Shown piece after piece: positions 36,701 to 45,459 of a stretch of DNA of 64,000 nucleotides. The notes under the pieces are model-generated. The model saw nothing but the letters and a program-made list of their open reading frames with translations. It ran no database searches and was not told the origin of the DNA. Positions within the stretch are counted from its first letter, which is position 1. Every line of letters begins with the position of its first letter. The DNA lies in contig JAFXZI010000014.1 in NCBI GenBank assembly GCA_017541325.1, positions 45,741 through 109,740 of the forward strand. Direction: 5' to 3'. The stretch is from Bacilli bacterium. GTDB taxonomy: Bacteria > Bacillota_I > Bacilli_A > RF39 > UBA660. The position numbers and the translations under genes are program-made.

Positions 36701-36943
36701 TAATAAACCTAGCAATACTACTACTGCTAGCATTTCTATCAAAGTAAAACCAAAACCAATTGTACCATTCTTTTTTTCATGTTTCTTTGGAGTTTGGTCT
36801 TTTCTTTTTATATTTGTTTGTAAAACTTTAATATCTTTTTTAGGTTTTTTAGTAGTTTTTGCTTCATTAGTAACCTTTTTTGTAATCTTTTTATTGTTAA
36901 TACTACTACTTTGTCCCCTTTTTTTAGTTTTATTCTCACTCAT
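33797..36943 (-). CDS. giant modular type IV pilin-like protein (65-aa Lys-rich leader, pilin N-terminal helix, tandem Ig-like modules, Cys-rich C-terminus)
   Basis: 1048 aa. AGGTGA (36948-36953) lies 4 nt before the only in-frame ATG. The ...NGTIGFG|FTLIEMLAVVVLLGLLMGLLF prepilin motif starts at residue 66. Four to six ~95-aa modules each begin P-x-C and end [YH][VI][KR]D[NK]AG[NR]xxxC. The last ~125 residues contain 16 Cys. Confidence 0.8.
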   Translation of the reverse strand: MSENKTKKRGQSSSINNKKITKKVTNEAKTTKKPKKDIKVLQTNIKRKDQTPKKHEKKNGTIGFGFTLIEMLAVVVLLGLLMGLLFPAISRYIIDTRNNTYKMYEADMKVSAQNLMTECVEKNDTICIPGVDKYKKVTLSELISTGYSNKLRDPKDDSKDCDPFQSFVLVKNEGPNITNLSYEVCLVCGDYQSGKCEDLSKRIPPQRVCTEEMDDEPPLCGVAQGDSKVWTNKDRTITIGCSDNCTGCVQDTFTKKFTEEGETGTITIADNAGKTNACPVDVYIDKTPPKCTLEVEGTMGENGWYKASPRPVVKLKVDERDTSGIATYGMGVSRSNYDFNKETEYEVQDGITTVYGYVKDNAGNVGTCYREIPYDPVIPVIKSIDYGTVVYGVGTEKDKADLLASKTSTKISLTSITGEYGNIYGVYVYMASGKGGTATIKDTVKNKTLTVTIPTSTSKARNYFATPTSFSNLEISFASATELNNVTRIELLTRDDTVGYYTNRDVTLYINATDSVSGRGDYKFDNNPWQKDNSYTYPTLATVIMKVKDTSGNESLPETREITNIDKTEPKCTITFGSDRVVRHENDYFWENVPVKLTKDDNAEIANKYTKSGTRNYGLKNSSGLEYNGNDTGTQTKDTTSHTWYGYVRDNAGNLKDCSSVVKKDSQNPTCELQLTGTKGDNNWYKEGNVDVTFKKYEDVKKDNSMSDKASWDITTSATPSYNKSTKKTQSTNTTTSGITYYGYIKDKAGRTNKCEIWFKLDKTKPYCKLTTSGTVGNDNWYTSNVSVSFVSGKGNTGDDLSGTASYGIDSVTGSKTASHTTDTKSVTYTGHIKDNAGNTNTCSIKFKRDASVPSCTPSKSHQYHSNGVTTGATCADGTSGVVTASFSNTNQTSDKTYTCTNGAGLTNSCTVSVSSAYMYQKNTCYQHNWGGPSSSVCGTEDCNCVGKTIDNAFRGTGAEARCRAFCSPHVCSCSDTGTGTDDSQQFCTCHYQSTTEFVCDTCAKSCYSAAWGCKIWNGWSGTGTYYPTSSCTASYGDVACNGATVYY

Positions 36944-36962
36944 AGTATCACCTACTATAACA

Positions 36963-36971
36963 ATTATATCA
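36963..36971 (-). promoter_or_regulatory. putative extended -10 promoter (TGaTATAAT) of the giant pilin gene
   Basis: The minus strand reads tatttTTGATATAATtgtt, just downstream of the pyk terminator. Confidence 0.45.
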
Positions 36972-36980
36972 AAAATAGTA

Positions 36981-37010
36981 TAAAAAAAGAAATATAATAT
37001 TATATTTCTT
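36981..37010 (-). terminator. rho-independent terminator after pyk (overlaps the stop)
   Basis: 10-bp stem aagaaatata/tatatttctt (36987-36996/37001-37010) with a T-run on the minus strand. Confidence 0.7.
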
Positions 37011-38412
37011 CTATTTTTATAAAATTAGTTTCATTTGGCTTACCACGTCTATGAATTCCACCTGTAATAATTATTACATCACCTTTTTCTAAGTCTAAAA
37101 TCTTTTGAGAAGTTTTACGTGATATTTCAGTTAATTCATTAAAATCATCAACTACTGGAACCACTACTGGTATAACACCAAAAGCAAGAGATAGTTTTCT
37201 CGCAACATCTTCTGTTGGAGTTGGTGCAACAATAATTGGTTTTGGTTTTAAATTACTCATTACTCTTGCACTATGTCCTCCCATAGTAGGAACTACTACT
37301 GCTTTAGCATCAACTTCTGTAATACTTGCAACAACTGCTTTAGCTACAGCTGCAGTTATAGCTTTATCATGTTCATATTCAAAATAATAATCATAATCGT
37401 AATTATTTTCTGCTTCACGACAAATTCTACTCATATATGAAACTGCTTCAACCGGATGAAGACCTACTGTTGTTTCAGCACTAAGCATTACAGCATCACA
37501 TCCATCTAACACGGCATTAGCAACATCAGTTACTTCTGCTCTTGTTGGACGAGGTGCTTTTTCCATAGAAGCAAGCATTTCAGTAGCAACTATACATATT
37601 TTTCCTTTTTCACGACATTTTTGTACTAACATCTTTTGAATAATAGGTAATCTTTCAACAGGAATTTCTACTCCTAAATCTCCTCTTGCTACCATTATTC
37701 CATCTGATGAATCAATTATTTCATCAATGTTTTCTAGTGCTGTTTCGTTTTCTATTTTAGATATTATTTGCATTGTACTATTATTATTATCAAGAACTTC
37801 TCTAACTTTTAATATATCTTCTTTACTACTTACAAAAGAAAGTGCTATAAAGTCTCCATTTTTACTACAAGCATAAGTAATATCATTAAAATCGTTTTCA
37901 GACATAAACGGAAGATGAAGATCTCTTCCTGGAACTGATACTCCTTTATGAGATGATACTTCTCCACCACTAATTACCTTACATGTTATACCATCTTTTT
38001 CAACAGATACTACTTTTAAAACTATTAAACCATCATTTATTAAAACAGTATCATCTACTTTTATATTTTTAATAACTTCATTATGATTAACTAATAAACC
38101 ATTTTTAGTACCAATTGAACCTTTTTTTACAATACGGATATTTTCTCCTTCTACAAGATTAATACATCCATTTTCAACATCTAATAATCTAAAATCAGGT
38201 CCTTTTGTATCAAATAAAATACCAATTTGTTTTTTAGATTTTTCTCTTACTTTTTCAACTAGTTCTACTACTTTATCATATTCTTCATAAGTACCATGAG
38301 AAAAATTAACTCTTACTACGTCCATTCCTTCATTTACTAAACTTGTAAGAATTTCAACATTTTCAGTAGCTGGTCCAATACTAGCAATTATTTTAGTTCT
38401 TTTAATATCCAT
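37000..38412 (-). CDS. pyk: pyruvate kinase
   Basis: MDIKRTKIIASIGPA...VVRVNFSHG...MVARGDLGVEIP. Start placed at ATG 38412 (AGGTGA RBS); the ORF-track start is 6 codons upstream. Confidence 0.93.
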   Translation of the reverse strand: MDIKRTKIIASIGPATENVEILTSLVNEGMDVVRVNFSHGTYEEYDKVVELVEKVREKSKKQIGILFDTKGPDFRLLDVENGCINLVEGENIRIVKKGSIGTKNGLLVNHNEVIKNIKVDDTVLINDGLIVLKVVSVEKDGITCKVISGGEVSSHKGVSVPGRDLHLPFMSENDFNDITYACSKNGDFIALSFVSSKEDILKVREVLDNNNSTMQIISKIENETALENIDEIIDSSDGIMVARGDLGVEIPVERLPIIQKMLVQKCREKGKICIVATEMLASMEKAPRPTRAEVTDVANAVLDGCDAVMLSAETTVGLHPVEAVSYMSRICREAENNYDYDYYFEYEHDKAITAAVAKAVVASITEVDAKAVVVPTMGGHSARVMSNLKPKPIIVAPTPTEDVARKLSLAFGVIPVVVPVVDDFNELTEISRKTSQKILDLEKGDVIIITGGIHRRGKPNETNFIKIEEI

Positions 38413-38489
38413 ATTATCACCTATTATCATTATATATCATTTATTACAAAAACAATTTAAAAAGAAGAATCTACTTGTAAAAATTGACA

Positions 38490-38516
38490 TAAAAAAGGAC
38501 TTAATCTCTAAGTCCT
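38490..38516 (-). terminator. rho-independent terminator after aspS (overlaps the stop)
   Basis: Stem aggactta/taagtcct (38496-38503/38509-38516) with a T-run on the minus strand. Confidence 0.7.
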
Positions 38517-40234
38517 ATTCCTAATTCTTTTAATTGTTTTTCATCTACTACATTTGGGGCATCACTCATTAAACAATATGCACTAGCAGTCTTAGGGAAT
38601 GCTACAACGTCTTTTATGTTATCAGTATCACATAAAATCATTATTAATCTTTCAAGTCCAATACCTACTCCACCATGAGGAGGTGCACCATATTTAAATG
38701 CATCAATAAAGAATCCAAATTTAGCTTTAGCTTGTTCTTCAGTAAGACCAATCGCTTCAAATACTTTTCTTTGTGTTTCAGAGTCATGTATACGAATTGA
38801 TCCACTTAATAATTCATATCCATTTAAAACAAGGTCATATGCTCTTGAATAACAATTTTCTTTATCTGTTAATAATTTATCAATATCTTCACGTCTTGGT
38901 GAAGTAAAAGGATGATGTGCTGCTTCGAATCTTTGTTCTTCTTCGCTCCACTCATACATTGGGAATTCTGTTACCCATAAGAAATTATATTTAGAGTGAT
39001 CAATTAAATCTAAATCATGTCCAAGTTTTACTCTTAATGCACCAAGTGCAGTTTTAACTATTTTTTCTTTTCCAGCTAAAACAAGTACTAAGTCATTATT
39101 TTCAAGATTAAATTTACTAATTAATCCATTCTTTTCTTCGTCACTCATAACTTTAGCAATTGAACCACTTAACTCTCCATCAGTAAGTTTTAAGTAAGAT
39201 AGTACATTTGCTTTATAAGTTTTTACAAATTCTTGTAATTTATCTATTTCTTTACGAGAATACTTGTCAGCAGCATCTTTTACTACTAAACAGTTAATAA
39301 TTCCTTTTTCTTCTAAAATACCTTTAAATATTTCAAAAGTAGTATTTTTAAATATATCTGTAATATCTTGTAACTCCATTTCAAAACGAGTATCAGGTTT
39401 ATCAGATCCAAATCTATTAATACAATCTACATATTTTAATCTTTCAAACTTAGGAAGATCTATTCCTTTAATATCTTTAAAGATTGCTTTCATTGTACCT
39501 TCTACTACTTCCCAAATATCTTCTTCTTCAACAAAACTCATCTCGATATCTATTTGAGTAAATTCTGGTTGACGGTCAGCACGTAAGTCTTCATCTCTAA
39601 AGCATCTAGCAATTTGGAAATATTTTTCCATACCACCAATCATTAATAATTGTTTATATATTTGTGGAGATTGAGGAAGTGCATAGAATTTACCATTAAA
39701 TACTCTTGAAGGTACTAAATAGTCTCTAGCTCCTTCTGGAGTAGATTTACATAAAATTGGAGTTTCTACTTCAACAAATCCTAAACTATTTAAATAGTTT
39801 CTTACAATTAGAGTAACTTTATTTCTTAATATTAAGTTATTTTTAATATTTTCTCTTCTTATATCTAAATAACGATATTTTAATCTTGTATCTTCTAAGG
39901 CAGTAGTATCTCCATTTATTTCAAACGGAATATCAATACTATTATTAATTAGTTCAAGATCTGATACTATTACTTCGATATCTCCTGTTTTAATTTTAGT
40001 ATTCTTACTTTCCCTTTCAGATACTTTTCCAACAGCTTTTATAACTGCTTCAGTCTTTAAGGAAGATGCTACTTCATTTCCTTCTTTTAGAACTAATTGA
40101 ATAATTCCACTTCTATCTCTTAAATCAATAAATGTAAGTCCACCTAAATCACGTTTCTTTTGAACCCATCCAAAAAGTGTTACTTCTTTTCCAACATCTT
40201 TTATACTTAGATCTGTATTATTAATTGTTTTCAT
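38501..40234 (-). CDS. aspS: aspartate--tRNA ligase
   Basis: 577 aa. OB-fold N-terminus (GWVQKKRDLGGLTFIDLRDRSG) and class II motifs FRDEDLRADRQPEFTQID and GGVGIGLERL. Confidence 0.95.
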   Translation of the reverse strand: MKTINNTDLSIKDVGKEVTLFGWVQKKRDLGGLTFIDLRDRSGIIQLVLKEGNEVASSLKTEAVIKAVGKVSERESKNTKIKTGDIEVIVSDLELINNSIDIPFEINGDTTALEDTRLKYRYLDIRRENIKNNLILRNKVTLIVRNYLNSLGFVEVETPILCKSTPEGARDYLVPSRVFNGKFYALPQSPQIYKQLLMIGGMEKYFQIARCFRDEDLRADRQPEFTQIDIEMSFVEEEDIWEVVEGTMKAIFKDIKGIDLPKFERLKYVDCINRFGSDKPDTRFEMELQDITDIFKNTTFEIFKGILEEKGIINCLVVKDAADKYSRKEIDKLQEFVKTYKANVLSYLKLTDGELSGSIAKVMSDEEKNGLISKFNLENNDLVLVLAGKEKIVKTALGALRVKLGHDLDLIDHSKYNFLWVTEFPMYEWSEEEQRFEAAHHPFTSPRREDIDKLLTDKENCYSRAYDLVLNGYELLSGSIRIHDSETQRKVFEAIGLTEEQAKAKFGFFIDAFKYGAPPHGGVGIGLERLIMILCDTDNIKDVVAFPKTASAYCLMSDAPNVVDEKQLKELGIGLRD

Positions 40235-41554
40235 CTATTCACCTTCTACTATTTCTTCTTCTATTTCTAATTCATCAAATAATTCTTCTGATAGTTTTTC
40301 TTCAAAGTAATATAATATATAATCTACTCCAACTAAAGTTTCTTCTTTAGTTTTATTATCTTTTATTTTAATTTGATCATTCTTTAATTCTTCATCATTC
40401 AAGATAATAAAGAATCTACTATTTAGACGATCTGCTTGTTTAAATTGACTCTTTAGGCTTCTACCTAGATTTTCCATTTCTATTTTATAACCATTCATTC
40501 TTAAATATTGGCATAAAGTAACTGCATAATCTTTTTCTGTATCAGATACATACATAATATAAGCATCAAGTGCTTTATCAACAGGTAGTTCTACTTTTTC
40601 AAGATCTAACGCCATAATAAGTCTTCCCATACCTAAAGCAAATCCTATTCCTGGAGTTGATGGCCCATCTAATTGTTCTGCTAGTCCATTATATCTTCCC
40701 CCACCAGCTAAAACATTATTAGAACCAAATCCATCTACTTTAGCTTCTATCTCAAATACTGTATGGTTATAGTAATCAAGTCCTCTTACTATATTAGGAT
40801 TTACTTCATAATCTACTTCAAGAAGTGATAAATATTTTTTAACTGTTTCAAATCTTTCTTTACTCTCTTCATTTAAATAATCAATAGTTTTAGGAGCATT
40901 TTTTAATATTGGATTATCACAATCTACTTTACAATCAAGAATTCTTAAAGGATTCTTTTTAAATCTTTCTTGGCAGTCTTCACATAAAGTATCAATATGT
41001 GGACGAAAATACTCTACTAAAGCTTCTCTATAATTATTACGAGATTCATTATCACCTAAAGTATTAATATTAACTTTTACTTCTTGTAATCCTAATAATT
41101 TAAATAAATTAACTGGAATAGATATTACTTCAGCATCTATATATGGATCATCACACCCTAATACTTCTACACCAAATTGTGTAAGTTCTCTATCTCTTCC
41201 TGATTGAGGTCTTTCGTAACGATACATTGTACCATTATAGTAAATCTTAACTGGTTGAGCACCATCTCCATACATTTTGTTTTCAATATAACTTCTTACT
41301 ATTCCTGCAGTTCCTTCTGGACGTAGAGTCATATTACGTCCACCTCTATCTACAAAATCATATGTTTCTTTTGTAACTATATCAGTTGTATCTCCTACTC
41401 CTCTATGGAATAATTCACTAGATTCAAAAATTGGTGTACGCATGAAATCATAATTATATTCTTTCATTAAATCATCAATTACTTGATCAACATATTTAAA
41501 TTTTCTAGCTTGATCACCATATATATCATGGCATCCTTTTGGTTTAGTTATCAT
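40235..41554 (-). CDS. hisS: histidine--tRNA ligase
   Basis: 439 aa with KGCHDIYG, MYRYERPQSGRDRELTQFGVE and GGGRYNGL. Its stop abuts the aspS start. Confidence 0.95.
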   Translation of the reverse strand: MITKPKGCHDIYGDQARKFKYVDQVIDDLMKEYNYDFMRTPIFESSELFHRGVGDTTDIVTKETYDFVDRGGRNMTLRPEGTAGIVRSYIENKMYGDGAQPVKIYYNGTMYRYERPQSGRDRELTQFGVEVLGCDDPYIDAEVISIPVNLFKLLGLQEVKVNINTLGDNESRNNYREALVEYFRPHIDTLCEDCQERFKKNPLRILDCKVDCDNPILKNAPKTIDYLNEESKERFETVKKYLSLLEVDYEVNPNIVRGLDYYNHTVFEIEAKVDGFGSNNVLAGGGRYNGLAEQLDGPSTPGIGFALGMGRLIMALDLEKVELPVDKALDAYIMYVSDTEKDYAVTLCQYLRMNGYKIEMENLGRSLKSQFKQADRLNSRFFIILNDEELKNDQIKIKDNKTKEETLVGVDYILYYFEEKLSEELFDELEIEEEIVEGE

Positions 41555-41771
41555 AAATACCTCCTAAAAATGCAAAAAGATGATACCAGTATAAGGACGA
41601 ATCTCTCGTGGTACCACCTTAATTCATAACAATAGTTATCTCAAATATCTTAACGCGATATAACGTTCTATGTTTATATAAAGTGTCTTCAATACATATT
41701 AGCTTAAGTATTTTCACCAACCATACTTTCTCTAAAAGCAATTACATATTTACTCCTCTTTCATAGAAGTT
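41555..41771 (-). promoter_or_regulatory. T-box leader of the hisS-aspS operon
   Basis: Minus-strand RNA has the T-box AAUUAAGGUGGUACCACG (plus 41607-41620). A terminator stem GGUACCA/UGGUAUC with U-run precedes AGGAGG. The candidate specifier context UUGAAGACACUU (plus 41683-41687 = GACAC) overlaps GAC and CAC. Confidence 0.8.
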
Positions 41772-41777
41772 AACCTA

Positions 41778-41806
41778 ATTTTATATCTAAAACACCTTTT
41801 TTTCAA
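41778..41806 (-). promoter_or_regulatory. putative sigmaA promoter of the hisS-aspS leader
   Basis: TTGAAA (41806-41801), a 17-nt spacer, then TAAAAT (41783-41778). Confidence 0.5.
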
Positions 41807-41808
41807 GT

Positions 41809-41840
41809 GAAAAAAATAGAAACATATAAATTGTTTCTAT
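41809..41840 (-). terminator. rho-independent terminator after greA (overlaps the stop)
   Basis: Stem atagaaaca/tgtttctat (41816-41824/41832-41840) with a 7-nt T-run on the minus strand. Confidence 0.75.
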
Positions 41841-42304
41841 TTAATTTCAGTAATCTCTATTTTATAAACTCCGTTTGGACTTTCAACTTCAACAATGTCT
41901 CCAACTTTTTTATTTAAAATTGCTTTAGCAATTGGACTTTCATTAGATATTTTGCTCATAAATGGATCTGCTTCTTGACTACCAACGATTTTATATTCAT
42001 CAGTATCATCATCATCTACATATTTAACAGATACAGTTGACCCAATAGATACTTTATCAGTTTTAACTTCATTGATAATTTCTGCATTTTCTAACATTTT
42101 CTCTATTTTCTTAATGCGTCCTTCGATTTCTGCTTGTTCATTTTTAGCAGCATCGTAGTCTGCATTTTCTGACAAATCTCCTAAAGCACGTGCTTCTTTA
42201 ATAGCAATAATATTTCTTGGACGTTGTACATTAATTAAATCATCTAGCTCTTTTTTTAGTTCATCTAATCCTTCTTGAGTTAAATAGGTTTTCTTTTCTT
42301 TCAT
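41837..42304 (-). CDS. greA: transcription elongation factor GreA
   Basis: 155 aa with YLTQEGLDELKKELDDL and GDLSENADYDAAKNEQ. GAGGTG RBS. Confidence 0.95.
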   Translation of the reverse strand: MKEKKTYLTQEGLDELKKELDDLINVQRPRNIIAIKEARALGDLSENADYDAAKNEQAEIEGRIKKIEKMLENAEIINEVKTDKVSIGSTVSVKYVDDDDTDEYKIVGSQEADPFMSKISNESPIAKAILNKKVGDIVEVESPNGVYKIEITEIK

Positions 42305-42391
42305 AGTAATGCACCTCTTTCAAACACATACTTTTAACAAGATACTACAAATAGGCAAAAAAGTCAAGTTGTTATGGTATGAACTTAACAA

Positions 42392-42416
42392 TAAAAAAAA
42401 GACCTATAAGGTCTTG
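42392..42416 (-). terminator. rho-independent terminator after the NfeD/SPFH pair
   Basis: Stem aagacct/aggtctt (42399-42405/42409-42415) with an 8-nt T-run on the minus strand. Confidence 0.7.
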
Positions 42417-42419
42417 TTT

Positions 42420-43319
42420 TTAACTTTCTTTGTCTTTATGATCCTTAAACATTTCTTCAATAGTTGTTGATAAAGTAGCAATATTTTGTAAATCTGATGG
42501 AACAATAATCTTTGTAGACTTTCCATCTGCTACCTTAGCAAGTGCTTCAAAGCTCTTTAAAGTAAGAACTGATTTATCAGCTTTAGCTTCTTTTAATAAC
42601 TTAATTCCATTTGCTTCAGCCTCTTTAATTCTAAGAATTGCTTCTGCTTGTCCTTCTGCTTCTTTAATAGCAGTTTGTTTAATAGCTTCTGCTCTTAAAA
42701 TAGCACTTTCTTTTTCTCCCTCAGCAATAAGGATTGCAGATTTCTTTTCTCCTTCTGCTTGAAGAATTTTTTCACGTCTTTCACGTTCAGCACGCATTTG
42801 TTTTTCCATTGCTTCTTGAATATCACGAGGTGGAATAATATTTTTAACTTCTACTCTGTTTATTTTAATTCCCCATGGATTTGTAGCTTCATCAAGAATA
42901 GCGCACATTTTTTCATTAATAGCATCCCTACTTGTTAAAGTTTGGTCTAATTCTAGTTCACCAATTAAGTTACGAAGTGTAGTTGCAGTTAAATTTTCAA
43001 TTGCAACAATTGGATTTTCAATTCCGTAAGTATATAACTTAGGATCTGTAATTTGATAATATACGATAGTATCTATTTGCATACTAACATTATCTTTTGT
43101 AATAACTGATTGTGGTAAGAAATCTCTAACAATTTCTTTTAAAGTAATTCTGTTAACAATTCTGTCAACGAATGGTAATTTGAAGTGTAGTCCATTATTC
43201 CATGTTTCTAGATATGAACCAACACGTTCAATAACTACTGCTTCTGCTTGTGATACAACTTTTACACAAGTAAGTATGATAATAACAGCAAGTATTAATA
43301 AAAACCAAAATAATTCCAT
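42420..43319 (-). CDS. SPFH/band-7 (stomatin/QmcA-like) membrane protein
   Basis: 299 aa. N-terminal TM helix, SPFH core (VVIERVGSYLETWNNGLHFKLPFVDRI) and Ala/Glu-rich coiled coil. TAATG 1-nt overlap with the NfeD gene. Confidence 0.9.
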   Translation of the reverse strand: MELFWFLLILAVIIILTCVKVVSQAEAVVIERVGSYLETWNNGLHFKLPFVDRIVNRITLKEIVRDFLPQSVITKDNVSMQIDTIVYYQITDPKLYTYGIENPIVAIENLTATTLRNLIGELELDQTLTSRDAINEKMCAILDEATNPWGIKINRVEVKNIIPPRDIQEAMEKQMRAERERREKILQAEGEKKSAILIAEGEKESAILRAEAIKQTAIKEAEGQAEAILRIKEAEANGIKLLKEAKADKSVLTLKSFEALAKVADGKSTKIIVPSDLQNIATLSTTIEEMFKDHKDKES

Positions 43320-43738
43320 TAATCTTTTTCCTCCTCTACGACTAATTTTACCCCATCAATTCGAAGTATTTTAACTGTAGCACCTACTTCAATCTTTTTA
43401 TCAGCTACAGCAGTCCATCTTTTTCCATCAACTTTAACTTCTCCATTTTCGTTTTTAGTTATTTCTTTAGTAACTACACCAGTCATTTCTAAAACACGAT
43501 CTAGATTAGTTTTGTGTTTAGTTTTATTAAGCCACTTAGTAAGTTGTTTTCTTGTAGTTATTAATAGAACAATACCTAATACTACAAAGACAGCAAATTG
43601 TACTGCGAATGGTATATCAAAGAAAGATAATATCCATGCAACAATTGCACTGGCAACAAACCATACTGTAACTAAATTAATAGTAATTAGTTCAATAAAA
43701 CTTAAAACTAAAATCATTACAAACCAAAAGTACTCCAT
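43319..43738 (-). CDS. NfeD-family membrane protein
   Basis: 139 aa. Three TM helices plus a C-terminal OB-like domain (GEVKVDGKRWTAVADKKIEVGATVKILRIDGVKLVV). Classical partner of an SPFH protein. Confidence 0.85.
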   Translation of the reverse strand: MEYFWFVMILVLSFIELITINLVTVWFVASAIVAWILSFFDIPFAVQFAVFVVLGIVLLITTRKQLTKWLNKTKHKTNLDRVLEMTGVVTKEITKNENGEVKVDGKRWTAVADKKIEVGATVKILRIDGVKLVVEEEKD

Positions 43739-43769
43739 AATCTACCTCCTGGATATATTATACCATAAA

Positions 43770-45404
43770 TTAGTCTTTTTTTGAAGATGGATAATACTCA
43801 TTTATTCTTTTTTCTATACGAGTTTTTCCAAGTATTTTTAAGATGTTATAAAGATTTGGAGTATTATCTTTAGTAGTCATAGATATTCTAATCATATTAG
43901 AGATATCAACAATACTTCCAGGATATGAATCTGGTTCTTCTTTATAGGCTTTCATATCAGTTGCATATCCATATTTAGATGCAAGATCTTTCATCTTATT
44001 AAACCACTCTTCTTCAGTATCAGAACTATCATAATAATTATTAAAATAATCTATTATAATTTCACTATTATCTAAACTCTTCTTTTCTTTAAAAAACAAC
44101 TCATCAAACATGTACCACATATTATCTTTAACTTCACTAAAACTAGAATAATCTTTTCTTGGTTTTTTTCTTTCTCTTTCAATATTAATAAATTCTATAG
44201 AATCATCTTTATATTTAACTAATAAATTGTAAAACTCTGAATCATATTCTTTAGTATATTCTAATAATCTATTATAAAAATCAGATGCACTTAAATAACT
44301 TAAATAATTTTTAGAAATATTAAGTAGTTTTTCCATATCAAAAAGAGAACCACTACTAGAAACTTTTTTAAAATCAAATTTAAATTTATCAATACTTTCA
44401 CGAGGATTAGCATTGTACCATTCCTCAAAATTACTATTAGCTATTGTTAATAAATATAATTTAATTGCTTCTTTTGGAACTCCAAGTTCATGATAGAAAG
44501 AAATTGCTGCTTCTTTATCTTTTCTCTTACTAAGTTTTCTTCTTATTTCTCCATCTTGAATCATTATAGGAGATAAATGGCAATACTTAGGTAATTTATA
44601 TCCTAATACTTTAAATAATTCATAGTGAATTGGAAGAGAACTTAACCATTCATCTCCACGTATAACATGAGTAGTATGCATTAAAGAATCATCTACTGCA
44701 TGAGCAAAATGATATGTAGGAAAACCATCTCCTTTTATTAGTACAACATCTATATTATTTTCTGGAAATTCTAAATCTCCTTTTATTAAATCTTTTATAT
44801 GAATTCTTTTATTTATATCACCTTGTGATTTTAATCTAATAATATATGGTTCTCCATTTTTTATTTTTTTAATTCTTTCTTCATCACTTAAATCTCTATA
44901 TTTAGCAAACGCCCCATAACATCCTATTTCTAGTTTATCTTTTTCTTGAATTTCTCTCATCTCTTCTAATTCTTTTTCAGTTAAAAAGCAAGGATAAGCA
45001 AGATCAATACTCATAAGATAGGAAGCAAAGGACTCATATATTTCTTTACGATGAGTTTGAATATAAGGACCATATATTCCAACCTCTCCATTAGATGTAA
45101 CACCTTCATCTATCTTAATATCAAAATTATCAAGATCTCGAATAATATTTTCTATTCCATTTTCTACTTCACGTTTTTGATCAGTATCTTCTATTCTTAA
45201 AAAGAAAACACCATCAGTATCATGTGCTGCTTTACTTGAAACATATGCAGAAAAAAGTGATCCCATATGAACAAATCCTGTTGGAGATGGTGCAAAACGT
45301 GTAACAACTGCACCTTCTTTTAAATCTCTTTTTGGATATTTTTCTTCATAGTAAGATTTATCTTTTACATTAGGAAATATTAATTTTATTAATTCATCTT
45401 TCAT
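43770..45404 (-). CDS. gltX: glutamate--tRNA ligase
   Basis: VVTRFAPSPTGFVHMGS (HIGH-type) and KLSKRK (KMSKS). Start placed at ATG 45404 (GAGG RBS); the hydrophobic 21-aa ORF-track extension is spurious. Confidence 0.93.
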   Translation of the reverse strand: MKDELIKLIFPNVKDKSYYEEKYPKRDLKEGAVVTRFAPSPTGFVHMGSLFSAYVSSKAAHDTDGVFFLRIEDTDQKREVENGIENIIRDLDNFDIKIDEGVTSNGEVGIYGPYIQTHRKEIYESFASYLMSIDLAYPCFLTEKELEEMREIQEKDKLEIGCYGAFAKYRDLSDEERIKKIKNGEPYIIRLKSQGDINKRIHIKDLIKGDLEFPENNIDVVLIKGDGFPTYHFAHAVDDSLMHTTHVIRGDEWLSSLPIHYELFKVLGYKLPKYCHLSPIMIQDGEIRRKLSKRKDKEAAISFYHELGVPKEAIKLYLLTIANSNFEEWYNANPRESIDKFKFDFKKVSSSGSLFDMEKLLNISKNYLSYLSASDFYNRLLEYTKEYDSEFYNLLVKYKDDSIEFINIERERKKPRKDYSSFSEVKDNMWYMFDELFFKEKKSLDNSEIIIDYFNNYYDSSDTEEEWFNKMKDLASKYGYATDMKAYKEEPDSYPGSIVDISNMIRISMTTKDNTPNLYNILKILGKTRIEKRINEYYPSSKKD

Positions 45405-45459
45405 ATATAAACCTCGATTCATATAAATAATATCATAAAATAAAAATAATAGTATTATT

